A stretch of 64,000 bases of DNA from Amoebophrya sp. A120 (GCA_905178155.1 CAJINV010000006.1:1303876-1367875); one strand, 5' to 3'; counted from the stretch's first letter, positions 23,301-37,430 are shown. Translations and numbers: made by a program. The notes: generated by a model from the letters alone, not told the origin.

Positions 23301-23987
23301 AACTTCGGACGCCGCGGCAGCACGTTTCTGTTTTTCATCGGGAGCGGGGTGTTGAGCGGATTGTTGAATTTTGAACTAACTGAGACATCATCAGCTTCTA
23401 CTTCGTCGTCCTCGGGTGGAAGTAATAAAAACCAGTCCAGCAGCACCGCTTTAGTTCTCACCTGGTCCATTGTCCTGCTAGGAAAACTTCTCATCACCTC
23501 CGCTTTCGCCTTACTGTACACCTACGGCTCGGAGGTGTTCCACACGAAGAACCGGGGAAAGGCTTTAGCCTACCAGTCCGCGTCCGCGAGAATTGCCGGG
23601 CTGTGCCTACACCCGATTTTGGCGTTCTTCTCGGCGCAGGGTACTGCTACCGGTCAGAACGCGGTGTTCTTGCTCTTCGGCGGGGTTTCTGTTGTTGCTG
23701 GGTATTGCTGTCGCAGGTTTTTGCCGGAAACACGGGGGAAACCGATGGACGTGAACTTGGTAAGTGAAGAAGAAGAGCATGGGCAAAAAAATAGCACGCC
23801 TGGGATATTAGCAGGAATGAACATGAGCGGGTTAGATGACAGTAAAAAATTCACGGCGACTTCTGACAAACGAAAGTTTAACAGGAAGTTGAAAGCACTT
23901 GACTGTGGGGTGGAAATAGAATCTGCGAGCAGGATTTGTGGGTGCTGCTTTGGCCGCGCACAGGAAGCAGCTGCATCCCGGAAATGA
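20343..23987 (+). CDS. MFS transporter, organic cation/SLC22-like, 6 exons
   Basis: LADLYGRK, KESVRW, VYYGMS, FGRR, YTYGSEVFHTKNRG motifs; five introners removed in frame; start codon uncertain. Confidence 0.85.
20467..20713. mobile_element. Introner family A
   Basis: TSD ctcca/ctcca. Confidence 0.9.
21022..21295. mobile_element. Introner family A
   Basis: TSD aggaa/atcaa (degenerate). Confidence 0.85.
21610..21724. mobile_element. Introner, 115-bp singleton family (TIR TATccacgaaaa..cccatcc)
   Basis: TSD gttga/gttga; ACA end. Confidence 0.85.
21994..22147. mobile_element. Introner family L (subterminal aatttcccgtac)
   Basis: TSD gatga/gatga. Confidence 0.85.
22848..23064. mobile_element. 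Introner family D (ATC end)
   Basis: TSD cgtgg/cgtgg. Confidence 0.9.
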
Positions 23988-24342
23988 ATAACGGTTCTAT
24001 TTTTCATTTTCATGAACTGACTACAAAGTACTACTTTGGTATTGGGTACTAGGATGGAAAATCCGAGAGCGGAATTTGTGAGCGCTGCTCGGTCTTTTTG
24101 GAGAGTAAAAAATGGGCCCTGAAAACATTGAGTGGACACCGATCCTAGCATTTGCCTGCTCGTGCTACGAGTAGGTAGGGGAAGGCGCTTAGCACTGCCA
24201 CGATCTGAAATTTTCCTACCATGTTGATCTGTTCCCGATTACAAAGTAGATCTCGCTGATTTCGAGCCACTATGCGCTGCGGCACAAGAAATTAGATAAC
24301 GGTAAAGGCCAGAGGCGCTCCTTGTTGTTGCTGCCCACTACA

Positions 24343-27300
24343 ATGAGTCCTACTGCGTCGGGCTCTTTCAGGGCGCGCGATTTGGCCATGCTTTCGTCCA
24401 GCAGCAAGAGGAACAAGTCGTGTTTTCCTTGCTTCTTGCTGGCACTCGCCGTGTTTCTGCTTTCCTCGAAACCTACCGCTGCCGCCCCGACACCGCCCCT
24501 CCCGACCTTCCAACCTTCGTGTCTATGAATTGCGAAAGCATCGTACTACAAGTAGTAATTGCATTACAAATTACCTCAGCATGACAAATGGAATTTGTCA
24601 TGCTGTTTTACCTTCAGGACAAGATTTGTCATGCATAATTGCAATTAGTACGAGTGCGATACTTTTGCACAGGATAGTGTCACAGCTGCACGAATGGGGA
24701 TGTGTACAACGTTATCCGCAGTAATTTCCCCGTACTATGTACAAATGCTGTTTCTGCATGAGAAAACTTGCCTTCAGTCGTATTCTAGCATGACAGGTTG
24801 CTCACTACAAGTTAGCGAAATTTGTGATGCATTTTGTACAACATGTACTGGAAATTTGTATTGCATAAACGTGTATAGCCAAAAATGCGAGTTCCAGCCC
24901 TCCCTCTTCACGGAAACCAGCGATTTCTACCTATCCTGTGCAAAAGTATCGTACTCGTAATCGTATTGCCATCATGCATAACAAATCCTGTTTTTAAGGT
25001 AATTCCGCATTACAAATTCTATATCTCATGCTGAGGACGAAATTTGTAATGCATTTGTACGAGTACGATACTTTTGCAAAGCATACTACCAAACGCCGAA
25101 CAACAGCTCGTGTCAAACCGCATTAGGCACTGGGGCGATCAGCTTGCAAGAAATCCTGCGCCAGCAGACCGAATCGAGGCTGAGCGAGCAACAGTTAACG
25201 CAAACCTATGAGACGAACAGTACCAGTCCAGTGCTGTCCCCGAAATCCATCACAGTACTCGCAGGTACGACGATTCAAGAATTTGACGGGGAATGCACGT
25301 CCTACCCGGACAGCATCGCTTATGGAGTTCTCAAACGTTATATCCTTTACCGTTACATGAATTTGTAATGCAAGAATGGCAAAAGACAAAGAACGGAGGT
25401 TGCACCTGCAGCATTACAAATTCCGCACAGATTTAGGTGCTGCGTAGCCTTTCCAACATTTGTCATGCGAAGACGCTTCACTGTGTGGATGTTCATGCTC
25501 ATTTTGCATGACAAATCGAAATAATGTAACAGTTGAGAGCGTAACGTTTGAGAACGCCATATCGCTGATTGTGCCAAACTGGACAGCTACAGTAATAAAT
25601 ACAGCTCGCAGAACTCGATCAGCTTCGCGAATCCGGTTTCCCTGGCGAAGGACAGCTATGGAAACATCTTCGTCGCGGACAGCAACAATAACCGTGTCCG
25701 GATGCTGACCTGGTCGAAAGTGGTCGTAACAATCGTGAACTTATCCGGGTTTCGCGGGTTCCAGGGCGATTCCGGGCCGAGCCAGATCGCGTGGCTGCGG
25801 GGGCCGGAATCTGTAGCGGTGGACTCGCTAAACTGTGTATTGATTTCGGATTTTGGGAACCAAAGGGTGAGACGGGTGTTCATGAACGCGGCTAGCAGTT
25901 GGAAAAGGAAACTTGGGGGATTTTGGGGTTGGGTGTGGTTACTCTATAAAGGGTGGACGAATTCAGTATCGATACAACTGAAGATTTGCATCGCAGGTCG
26001 TGGTGTGCAGATGACACTGAGTCTACAGCCTAAAATTCGCATGGCAAATAACTACACCATCAACCTCTACCCCCCGATTCTTTCCTTCCATACCCGCTAC
26101 CCCCAAACGCACCTACACCTCCCCGACCGCAACCACCGTCGCAACCGATGCAGAAACCGCCGCGGCCGCGTATCAAGACAGGCTGCGGTCGCTACCGCAA
26201 ACCAGAATCCCAACGACGATCCAAACCATCGTTGGCTCGGGCGTCCGTGGGTCCGGCTGCGCCGCGTCGATTTCTAGTACATCGGAGATCTGCGACCCGT
26301 TGACCGCGAGACTTCGCTACCCGAGGGGGATTGCTGTAGACAGCGCCGACACGCTGTTTTTGATTGATTCGGGGAACCACGTGGTCCGGAAAATTTCCGG
26401 ATTGAATTCCACTTCCGGTTTTTACACCACCTTCGAAACGATCATCGGGTCCAAATCCCGCCCCGCGTACTACCCAAATCTTCACTACAGCAGCTCGGTC
26501 GCGGTGGCGTACCAAGGGCTGTTTGACCTAGATCCAATGCCGTACTCCGATGCGAACAGTGGGGAGTATTCGGCGGAAGTACAATTGTCAGAAGGTGTGA
26601 CGAATTTGGTCGTGGACAGCAACGATCATTTGTTTCTCCTCGATTCGGGCGGAAATCGGGTGTTGTTTGTGCCGAAACAACGGATTGACGGAACGACGGT
26701 GACAAGTAGTTCTAGTACTGGATTAAAATCCTACGGCGGCAAATTCGGACAGCTTTTAGACCACTATCGGAACCACTTTGTCTTGCACTTCGGGATATGA
26801 ACTGCAAAAGTATCATACTCGTCGTATAAATGCATTACAAATTTTCTCAGCATGAGAAATAAAATTTGTAATGCTGATTTGCCTTGACAAAGAAATTTGT
26901 AATGCAAGACCTGCATTTAAATTTATACGAGTGCGATACTTTTGCACAGCATACGGGAAGACGGCTAGTAATTTTACGGAGGTTTCGCTCGATCCGTTTT
27001 CGTATAGCAGCCGGTATTCCATGACGGTCGAGGAGCAGTTGGCTTCACTGCAGTTGGAGAACGTGGTCAGTAGTGGTACAGCGACAACTTCCGGCTCATC
27101 CGCAACAGCCTCTTCCACGACCTCCGGCGCCGACTCAAACGCCGACTACCTCCCGATTCTCCCCATCACGGCGAAATCGACGCCGGAATTGAACCCAGGA
27201 GTAACGACTAATTTTATCAACACGACCACAAAGACCGACTACCAGTTCGCCTACTGGACGCTCGGACCCCGCATTTTGGACAGCGCGAACCGGATTTTCG

Positions 27301-30300
27301 ACCAAAAAGCGTTGAACCAGGAGAACAAGCAGCTGCACCAACCGGTGGGAATGTGCCTGGACATGACGGAAAAAAGGGGGTTTGTGTTGGATTTCGGAAA
27401 AGAGGGGGAGAGTGTCATCGAGTGGAAATCGATGCCGACGGGCGAAGTGGGGAGGGATTTGAGCCTGCTGAATAAGCCGAAGATGATTTTTGGTGGCACT
27501 TCTACCTCTAGTAGTGGTGCACAATCATCCACGCAAACCACCACCTCCACGATCCTACCCTACCGGCGAGATCTCTTCTCTTCCATCGGATCCTCTGCTT
27601 ATCGTGAGCTGAAAGACGCAGCGCCGATCTCCGCAGTTCTAAAATACCCGGTTTCTGTCGGAGTTACGGGCACTGATTTGGCGAATTTAGTCGAAAACGT
27701 GAACTCGTTAGCCGGTGCAGGGTCGGCAACCACAGCAGTTACGTCGAACACCATCCCGAGGTTGTCGAAAAGTTTGGAAAAGGAGAAAATCACGGGGGAC
27801 TACTTGCAGTCGTATTTAGCCGTAAGTCCTACGAACCACACGCTATCTCCTCACTACAGCCAAGGATTAGAACTCCAGGGCTTGACGAACAGTTTTTCAA
27901 CATCCTCGACGACGTCTCAAAAACATGTTTTAACAGGCAGTCAGATTCTCGGGGGACTAGAAAACGCGGTGTGCGACTGTATCTGCCCGTTTGAACTGAT
28001 GCAGCTGCATGTCGGCCCGGCACAACAACCAAATTTGGACGAGAATCAGCTCTATTGTTTCTCCGTGCCACACCAGACATCTGCGGATTTTAACAACATT
28101 ATCGCCTGCCCGGACCGGAAAAACCCTTCGGCACAACTGTTCAACAGTTCTTCGAGTGTGACCTTGCAATTTGCGTACGAGAACTACTGCAAATTAATTA
28201 CGCAAATTCCGGTTTGGAACAACACGGCTGGTGGTGCAAATGGCGGCTACGCGACGTTTACGACGTTTGCAACCAAAACGGACTTCCAGAACTGGGTGGC
28301 AGCGACGGCAAATTCAGTGGTGAGGTCGATAATTATCGACGCAGTGCAGGGGGTTGCGTTGCCCAAACCGGTGGAGGTGTCGGGGATAGCGGTATAATAC
28401 AAATACATAGTGCTACCGCAATTTTCTTTTTTTTCTCATGCGTGAGAAGCAGAATGGTTGGGCCTTGTCGTGCACAGAGCACTATGCGCAGAGCATGAGC
28501 ACTACTTAGCTTGTTTTACCAGCTACAAAACGCAAAATGTTGATAATGTACTGTAAAATTCAGGTTGCCGACTGTTCCGACCTCTGTGACGCCGACATCA
28601 ATTGTCGGGGTTTCCATGGTTCTCACTACTTCACCAGCGCCACGGATGGGATGTTCGTGTCCAACTGTGTCTTACTCGAAGCTACTACGCCCTATCACGT
28701 CTACGCGTACACGAGTCGTCCGACATCCGTACTGGAGGCGGATTATGCAATGCAAAAGTATCGTACTACGTATAAATCGCATGACAAATTTGCTCAGCAT
28801 GAGAAATAAAATTTGTTATGCTGTTTGACCTTGGAAAGGAGATTTGTGATGCATGATTGCAATTACTACGAGACGAGTGCGATGGTTTTGCACTGGATAC
28901 GGATTTCGACGCTACAAAGTGGTCTTTCCCGCTCATCGCAGTGTCCCCCTACACCACCTCCGTGTGGCGTATGAGAGTGCACAAGATCTCCCCCTTGTTC
29001 GCCTCATCTGTGATGCAGAATCCCAAATCCAGTTGCTGCCCTGTAGCATGTTTGCATGACAAATTTTGGAAGAATCCGAAGCAGCACTACTACAGTCGGT
29101 TCATCACGTATGAGCTTGTCATGCACAGCATACACGTGTGTTGGTGTCTGCATTGCTGTTCATGCCTTAGTACAAATCAGGGGGGAGGGGGAGTTGTGCA
29201 CTTTCATATGGCGCGATCTCTCCCAAACCGCGACAGCCGCGACCGCGAACGATTACTCCTTCGACTTACTGCTTCATGATTCAACGAGTCAGCTCCAACT
29301 CCCGGAATCCGCCGTTTCGCTCGATATCAAATGCAAATATGTCTGGGTCTGGAAGATCAAGATTGCAACTTGTCATGCTACATCCGAAGCGTGCAAAAAT
29401 TTGTGTTGCATGAGCGCCAAAAGCTGTCCACTTTCGACGAAGTTGGGAGGGAGTTTCCCATGCAGGATAGGCATGACAGAGACCTCGCAGAGTCTGTCAT
29501 GCTAGGTCCCGCATTCCAGACCTCATGGGTCATGGAAAATATGCATGACAAGGCTGTAATATTCTTCCGGACCCAGACATTTATGCATTTGATACTAGAC
29601 CTAGTCGAGCAGTACTGTGGGACCACCGCGGTGATCAACAACAACGATACCGATGCGAATTTTCGCTCCGGGTACCGGAAATTCGCGCCGAAAATTTACA
29701 AGACGAGGACGAGCTCCGGGTGCGCTTATAACATCATCGGGTGTAAGCAACTGTGTCACGCGATCAGCTCCTGTAAGGCCATCGCCTACCCGGGATGTTT
29801 CTTACTCCAGAAAGAAATCGCTGGGTTCCCGGATACCAGTGGCACAACGGTAACGAACGCGAACTACAATAAGTTCCAACCAGAAATATCCTCTGGCCTG
29901 ATCAACAGCCGCCAATCCGCCGTGACCGAAAGCACCTTCCCCGCAACGTATCTCAAACCGGGAAGAAGTCTAGCGTCGATTGTCACGCAGACCAGCGAGG
30001 GAATCGGCGGCGCGAAGGGGGGCGCGGGGAGTCGGGAGTTTGAACCGTTTGACGATCTGACGAACAACAAACTGCTCGCGCCGACCAGTTATGAATTGCA
30101 AAAGCATCGTACTAGTTCTAGTATGAATTGCATTACAAATTTCCTCAGCATGAGAAATGGAATCTGTAATGCTGATTGACGTTAGGAAAGAGATTTGTAA
30201 TGCAAAACTGCAATTACTACGACTAGTACGATACTTTTGTACTGGATACCAGTTGTATCGTGAACGACACGGACGTTTTGATAACTGACGCGACTTCCCA

Positions 30301-32055
30301 CACCGTGAAGAAGATCGGGATTGAACGACTGACCGCGAGTTGTGGGAATCTGACGAATTTGTTTTCCACGAGCGATATTTTCAATTGGGCGAAACTCGCG
30401 CAGAAGGTACAGGGAACGTGCTCCAGTGGAGCTTTACAAGCGAATCTTCCGTACGACTACTTCTCGTTAACCAGAATGGATCTGTTCATGAGACAAGCGG
30501 AAGTGACGGTGGTGGGAGCGGCTGCTACAGCAACTGCTGCAGAAGGGGCAGCCGCTGGAGAAGGCGCCGCTGCAGGAGCAGCTACTCCGCTAGCAGCAAC
30601 CCCCGCCGCGAACCCGTTCAAAGTGCTGCAAACGGAATTACTAATTGACAACAGTGTGAGAAGCAACACGAAGATACAGCAAATATCTTCAGTCCCCGCA
30701 ACTACAGCAGAGAGTTTGGTGAAACAAACCAGGTTTTCCTTCGCGAATCTACTCTGCTACCACCCTTTGATTCCCGAAACGGTTTTCTCGAGAATACCAG
30801 CAACGCCGGATCCTTTGACAAGTGCGGAAAATACGACTTTGCTACTCGAGCAAGACGATTCGGATAATTTCAACAACCCGTATTTGGATCTGAAAACCCT
30901 CTGCGATTTATGCAACTACGAAATCCGGGAAGAACTGCAGGTCGGGAATAGTGTAGTGCCCACGACGACGAAAACAGTTTCCATTGAAGTGAAAGACTAC
31001 CACCAGTTTGAGTACTCGTTTTGGCAAACCGTTTTGATCCGAACGGATGAGAATGGCTATGTTCTCCCGGGGGAAAATGCGACGAGTGCTACGACGACTG
31101 CCTCGCTTGTTTCAAACAGCTATTTAGAAATCGCGGGGTACTTTTTCAAATCAGCTTTGTCAACCGACGCTGCTATTGAGAGGAAAAATCCCCCCTCCCC
31201 ATATCGAGACGAAGTTTCTGATGCTGGATTTCCATTCACGCATCAGATTTGTCTTGCAGTAGAGGAGTGCAGGCATATGTCACGCCTCAGGCGAGAGGTT
31301 TTGACATAGGCGCCTAGCATGACAAACGTGTATGCTCTAAGCCAAACAGCATCACAAACCGCCTGCAAAATGCGGAACGCTTTCTGGACTTGCCTTCTTG
31401 CAAGACAGACAGGATTTGAGGTCGCAAATGCGCATCACAAATTTTCAGACGGATACGTTTTCGATATGCGGAGGGGGGATTTTTCCTTACGATAGCTGCG
31501 GTTTCATCTTCGGGTAGTGCAATTTCCTTCGACCTCACTCTCGCAGACCAAATCACCAGCCCGACGAGGACGCAGATTGCGCAGATCATCGCGAATAATG
31601 CGGCTGTAGTAACTACTTCAACCAATTCCGCGACCACTTACTGGACGGGGACAATTCAAGTCACTAGTCGTGACCCGGTTTTGAAGACGCAAAGGGATTC
31701 CCCAGCAACCGGCACAACCATAACGGACATCAAGTCGAAATCCAGTTGTCCGCCGAAGGATTTGTGTCTGTGCAGAAATAATCTCGTGGAGACGATCCAG
31801 AGTAAAATTTTTCAGCAGTGTCCGGTTGAGAATTCGTTTGTAGACAACTGGCATCGGACCGTCGCGGGAGGGTTGCACTGTTTGATGGGAGATCAGCTGT
31901 TGTACCAGCAACGGGCGCTGGTGACGAATTCGACGGGGGTAGTGAGTTCTGGTACGAGTACTGGGTCGGTTTTGACCACACCAAGTACAAGTCTACGGGA
32001 TAAAATCCGGTCCGCTTTGGTTGCGGAGGTGGTGGCTGCTGGGGGAGGGACGTGA
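24343..32055 (+). CDS. Large secreted NHL-repeat protein with Cys-rich modules, ~13 exons
   Basis: Hydrophobic N-terminus. NHL repeats NPVSLAKDSYGNIFVADSNNNRVR, GPESVAVDSLNCVLISDFGNQRVR, YPRGIAVDSADTLFLIDSGNHVVR. Eleven introners plus GT-AG intron 28392-28563. Confidence 0.8.
24524..24676. mobile_element. Introner family B
   Basis: TSD gtgtc/gtgtc. Confidence 0.9.
24713..24867. mobile_element. Introner family L
   Basis: TSD aacgt/aacgt. Confidence 0.85.
24932..25085. mobile_element. Introner family B, reverse orientation
   Basis: TSD ctacc/ctacc. Confidence 0.9.
25321..25561. mobile_element. Introner family I (TIR TATgg.gttctcaaacgtta)
   Basis: TSD tcgct/tcgct. Confidence 0.9.
25893..26092. 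mobile_element. Degenerate introner
   Basis: ggaaaaggaaacttggggg...cccccgattctttccttccATA inverted ends; removal needed to keep the NHL frame; left boundary uncertain. Confidence 0.55.
26796..26953. mobile_element. Introner family B
   Basis: TSD cggga/cggga. Confidence 0.9.
28744..28899. mobile_element. Introner family B
   Basis: TSD cggat/cggat. Confidence 0.9.
28970..29208. mobile_element. Introner family D
   Basis: TSD tggcg/tggcg. Confidence 0.9.
29325..29594. mobile_element. Introner family A
   Basis: TSD ctcga/ctaga. Confidence 0.9.
30090..30248. mobile_element. Introner family B
   Basis: TSD ccagt/ccagt. Confidence 0.9.
31174..31494. mobile_element. Introner family C
   Basis: TSD gctgc/gctgc. 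Confidence 0.9.
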
Positions 32056-32424
32056 GGGTGGGGAAGTTTGGTTGGGTTCGGTACTAGTGGTCTGTTGTGG
32101 TTTTACCGATAGGCGACCGAATCCTCTGCCAAACGCAATGACAGAGAGAGGCATGATCGTTAGAAGTTGTGGCACAGAAAAAACTGTGAGTATCAGAATC
32201 TCAAAGAATGACAATAGTTACGAACTTGTTGCCTGGCGGGCAGCATGCATCAACATCCTTCTTGTTGTCACAGGTCGTGTTCACCATGGTAAAACTAAAC
32301 CGTTTGCGTCTTCTTGTCAGATCTATTTTTCCAATTTCGGGGGTTTGCTTTGCGTGGTATATTTCGTCAGTCCAGCTCGTGATGGTCCTCCTACCGTGTA
32401 CATTTTGGTTCCTGACGGACTTTC

Positions 32425-33234
32425 ATGCAACTGCCTATTTTTGAGTTTGAAACGCTTGCTCGTAGGAATGGTGCTACGCGGCTCAGCGTCGCGTCATCAT
32501 GTGAAGATGTAGTTGTTCTGGCAGAATCTTTTCCTAAGTCGCATATAACAAGATGCGATCACAATTCTTGCTCGTGCTGCCTACTTGAGGCCGGCACTGG
32601 CTCCTGCGAGCCAGCCTGCACTTCATTTTCGTCGAAGTTTTACCGGAATTCCAATCAGGGTGGGTTTGGCTCGTCGGCGTCAAGATGCTCTTCACTCATG
32701 GTCTCCAACTGCCAGCCCCACTTGCTTCTGGGTCAAGTGACGTGTTTTCGTACGTCTGATTTGGCGGGAATTCCGAAGATGCGCGGCGCCGCGAGCAGAT
32801 TTTTCGCCCGCCTTCTACGCCGGTGTTCTTCGGGCGCCGTTGGAGATACGACGGACAGCGAGGGTGAAAAGGAAGGTCCCTATCGTGCCAATGATGATGA
32901 TCATGTCGAAAAGGTGGAAGAAAACTACGACGCGCAGAAACAGGAGACGAAGCAGCAGGAAAACTACAGAATGCTGACGACCACGGCGAACGAAGTACAG
33001 TTGGGGGATGAGGATGAAGTTCAAGTTTCTCCTGGGCGAACGAGTCACCTCGACCTGAACAGCAGGAACATTTCGTATTTTTCGCAGTCTTGTGGCGGGG
33101 CGACCACGGTTCTTGCCCGGTTCAAGACCAGCAGCTGCAGCACCATGAAGGACGACTCTGTCTTGTACGCGAGGATGATGAAGAGAATTAGATTGCAGCA
33201 GCAACAACGCTATCCAAACACGCAGCAGTTTTGA
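32425..33234 (+). CDS. Hypothetical protein or exon
   Basis: 269-aa ORF with an acidic middle; no recognised domain; start uncertain. Confidence 0.35.
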   Translation: MQLPIFEFETLARRNGATRLSVASSCEDVVVLAESFPKSHITRCDHNSCSCCLLEAGTGSCEPACTSFSSKFYRNSNQGGFGSSASRCSSLMVSNCQPHLLLGQVTCFRTSDLAGIPKMRGAASRFFARLLRRCSSGAVGDTTDSEGEKEGPYRANDDDHVEKVEENYDAQKQETKQQENYRMLTTTANEVQLGDEDEVQVSPGRTSHLDLNSRNISYFSQSCGGATTVLARFKTSSCSTMKDDSVLYARMMKRIRLQQQQRYPNTQQF

Positions 33235-34353
33235 CGTGGTAAGTAGTCGTGTGAGTTGCAATGCATGGACATTTGGCATATTTTAGGTAGTTCGAAGTTG
33301 TAGTTGATGGACTGCTGGTCGTGCTAGAAACGCCGCTTCGCAACACACTTGCTGCACCTCATGCGACTAGCTACAACGCCCTTTGGTCGTTTCAACAGGA
33401 TAAACGCAACCGGCGTAATGCGCTTCGCTACGGATTGGGCGGGAAGGTCCTTGAGGCGCTGGTCTGGGTTTTCGTTTTGTACGTTTTGTACAGTGTGTCC
33501 TTGGTCGCGGATTTTCTCGCACTCGCGGAGGCGACGGACGAAACGGCCGTGTATGCTACAGGATTCTTGAGTCAACTAACGCCAAGTGCAATAAGCTGCG
33601 GAGCAAGAACAGCTCGGATTTTAGTCCAAGTACTACTCAACGTATACAGGAGAAGTAATGACAAATAAACGCACAACAAATAGGAGTCGATAAGGGACAA
33701 TCTAAGGCTTAGAGTCGAACAGATTTAAATCATCAAACGCACAACAAAAATCCCCACCGAGAAAAAAAACAGTCCTATGTGTGTGTGTGTTTCGACTACT
33801 GTACATAGATGGCGGTCCTCGTGATAATGACATAAGAAGATGATAGCGAAGTATTAATTTGAAGATGAAGTTACCTCAGGAATTGGGTTCCACCCTCTGC
33901 ATAAAGCAAAGCTTTCGTCAACGTCTTTGAAGAGGCCGCCAGCAGGAGAAAAACTGTCTGTGGCTGATTCGAAAGCGAAAACGAGCAAAGAACCGGATCG
34001 CGAAAAAGCTGCCGGGAAATCGTCGACGACATCCGTTGAGGAGGAGAAGCTACCAGGACCTGCAGGAGACGCTTCTACTTCTCCGCTCCCCGACGCTACG
34101 TCCTCGAGCGAGGTCGCGGCTGCGGATAAAAACAGCGGTGGAAACAACCCTCCGGTCACGGTCCTCGATACTATCGTCCACAGAAAATAGTAAGCTTTGA
34201 TTCGTTGTCATCGCATGCGCACAAATCAATTGGGTATTTTCGTACTGAATTCTGATGGATATGCCGCTTCTTCACGCAATTTCCGTGTCGTTGTAATTGG
34301 TTACTATCGAGAGAGTTGGTTTGTGGATGCGCGGACGGTAGAAACAAAGGTAA

Positions 34354-37300
34354 ATGCATTTCATAAGTGCTACAACGACCGAGACGGACTCCAACCAGAA
34401 ACAACGGAGGAAAGAAAATGCAGAAGGCGACGTTGCTCCTGGCCAAGAAGCCGCACTCCCGCAGCAACAAAGTGCAACTTCATCCACATCTCCTACTTCT
34501 GATTATGATGCAGCTTCAGGTAAGGAGCAACAGCAAGCAGCCGCAGCTTCATCCGGAGGAACGCCGCGCACAGATGCCACTGTCCTTGGTCGGAAGGAAC
34601 AGGAGAACAAGGACGGGTCTGCCCTGCTCGAAAGGAGTAGACTTCTTGCTGCGATAAGCAATCAGGTAACAGGGGGGGCGAAAGCGGAGGCGGACAACGA
34701 CAATGGCCCTGCAGGTGCTGACGATACCAAAGAAGCGGGGGAAGCGAACAAGCCTGCAAAGAAGATTAGCTCTTGGCAGAGATTCAAAGCGCTGATGGGG
34801 CGAGTCAGCCTTCCCTGGGCGAGCTCTGCTTTCGCTAACACGGGCGTCGACCTGTCCGCAATGCTAAAAAAAGGAGACGCCAAAGGCATTGAGAAGGTGG
34901 AAGACGACGCGGAAGACGAGTTTGAAAAGGAAATGGCGGAAATGGAACAGGCACTGCAAAATCGCCGTGAAACGAATTTTCAGCTAAAACAAAAGCCAGT
35001 TACCGACGGGCAGAAAGGTGTTAACGCAGGGGAACGCTTGGCAGAAGAGGCGCTGGAGGTACCTCGGGGGATCCGCTATCTACTGCATGCCGCCCTCTCC
35101 ATACTGTCAGGAGAACACTTGATGGAGAACAATGGTGACGTGCTCGAAACTCTGCACGTGGACAAGGAGCGCAAGGACGAGTTTTCGAGAAAGCTATCGA
35201 AGCACGAAGACGAACGCAGGGCCGAGGAGCTAGAGGAAGTGGAAACAGGATCCGTAGAAAAGGCAGAACCTGGCCAATCGTTTGACAAGAAAGGCGCGCG
35301 CACGAAATATGTCGCGTCAGAGGATGGACTAAAAGCCGACTTCCACGAGCCAATGTACCTACAGGGTGACGTCACACATCTAAAACCTAAAGACGAGAAC
35401 GGGTCTGTTGAGTTTGAGCAAAGCCTGCGGTTTGTTTCTTCAGGGGATATTTGGGAGATTGTTGGGGTGGAAGACTTATCCAACATAGCGAAAGTGGAAT
35501 ATAACGTGGATTCAACAGAGAGCGGTGGGGGTGAGGCTAAAAAAACAACTCGCTACTTTCCAATGTGCGAGGTTCTTGTGGAGGACAAAATTAATCAAGA
35601 CAACGTCGACATGATGCAACAGCACAATAATTACAACCTTCCTCTAGACCTCTCCTCCAAGCGCTATCTGCACCAGAGAGCACTCCGTATGCCCGCTCGT
35701 CTACGCATAAAAAAACTTGCACACCGGTGGGGGAAAAATGCTGTCTTCGACTTCGAGGACGTCGACGGGCAGAAAAAAAGACCGAAAAAAGGAGAGGCAA
35801 CGATGGAGTTTCCCCTGAATGAGAACGACAAGGACTGCAATATCATCGGAGGACCACCAGCACAAGATTGCAAATTTAGTGAGAAGTGGGAAACGTACAT
35901 GAATCTACTTGACGAGTACTGGGACAAAATGAGCACGTCCAAGGAAGGTTTTTTGGGAAGGATCGATATTGAAACGGGAACAATGGAGATAATGGTTGCT
36001 GGCTTTGAAGCCCTTCAAGCGGGTAAAGCAATGGCTAAGGAGGCGATGGCGAAGGAGGAAAAAGCGGCCGGCGACGACCAAACGACTAGTGCATCAGCAG
36101 CCCTTCAGGTTAGAAGTAACGACAATGCCGCTCCCGCTTACGCTAATAATGTTCACGGCGGCGACGACCAACTACAGCTAGAAGCAAAGAATGCAGCAGC
36201 TCTACTGTCCACGACAATATGCCAGGAAAAGACCGCGTGTATGCAATCGCGTGCAAGCCGATAACCGTTCTTTCCGGAGACATTATCATACACACGTGCT
36301 TATACACGTTGTACAGGAAAACGCAATTCGAATTCGTGCATGCAACAGATAGTATTGATACAGAAGATCTGGCTGCACCAGCATGAGACGTGGCTTTTGT
36401 TTGCACAGCATACAGCACGGCGAACGTTGAACCAAAGGGCGGGCAACAACTCGAAAAGACGAAAGTCGACGACGGATCTTGGGCTCAGTCAAGACCGGTT
36501 GGAGATGAGCCTCCACAGCAGCACACCAAAGAAGAGAATGTTGCTGCTCCAGTCTCCACAGAAGCAGATGCTGGCGATCCACTGCAGCAAGGAAACGCGG
36601 CACGGAAAACTGATGATGGACACGTCCTTAGTGGAGCCACCTTTACCAGCGCCGAGCAAATCCAGCCGGACGGCAGCACGACGGTCGGAAACACCCCGGA
36701 GCGAGACGCGCCTGCTCCTCCGCCGCACACGACGACCCAAGCGAAAACCACTGGCGCGACCCAACCCGATACGGACGAAAATGGTGACCAGAAGCAGCAC
36801 GGGAGCAAAGTGAGCAAAGATACGTCGCCTTTTTCAGTTTCCTCTGGCGGACGAGATGATGGAGACAGAAAAGACAGCGCGTCCGACCAGCACTCTTTTG
36901 TGGAGAAGAAAAGCAGCTCACACACCTCCTCCCAGGCTGTCCCAGATGCTGCACTCGCGGAAGAAGGAGAAGCTTTTGCCCTCGAGAATCAGTTGCCAGG
37001 ACAGCAACACGCGGGCGGCGCGCCAGCCAGTCCGGATCCAGGTGTAGCAAAACGAACAGGAACGGCAACAACGGTACAGAGCAAGAACAACCATCAGAAA
37101 CCACAGGCGATATTGAAAGAAGCGGCAATAAAACATGATAGTTTCTACGATGATGTGGTGGATGCAGCATCAGCATCTTCTGCCATTCAGCTACAGGTAC
37201 AGCAGTCAAGCGGCGACAGAAGTAGGCTTTTGGCGCAGCCGGGGGACTCACATCACATCTTCGCGATTCTAACCAACCCCGCGTTCTACTCCGAGCACGC

Positions 37301-37430
37301 GCACGTCCTCTCGGTGATTTTTTTCGTCCTTTTCATCTTCATTTTCCGCTCCCACGTCCGCTCTACGCTGACCAAAGGGTGGAACTTTGTCCGGAACCCG
37401 ATGAATCTGCAGCGGCGATTATGTTGTTGA
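34354..37430 (+). CDS. Acidic low-complexity protein with C-terminal TM; probably has further upstream exons (e.g. ~33860-34188)
   Basis: 636-aa and 346-aa ORFs joinable in frame across degenerate element 36218-36412; C-terminal VLSVIFFVLFIFIF. Confidence 0.6.
36218..36412. mobile_element. Degenerate introner
   Basis: TATgccaggaaaagaccgcgt...acgtggcttttgtttgcacagcATA; no clear TSD; frame consistent. Confidence 0.45.
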
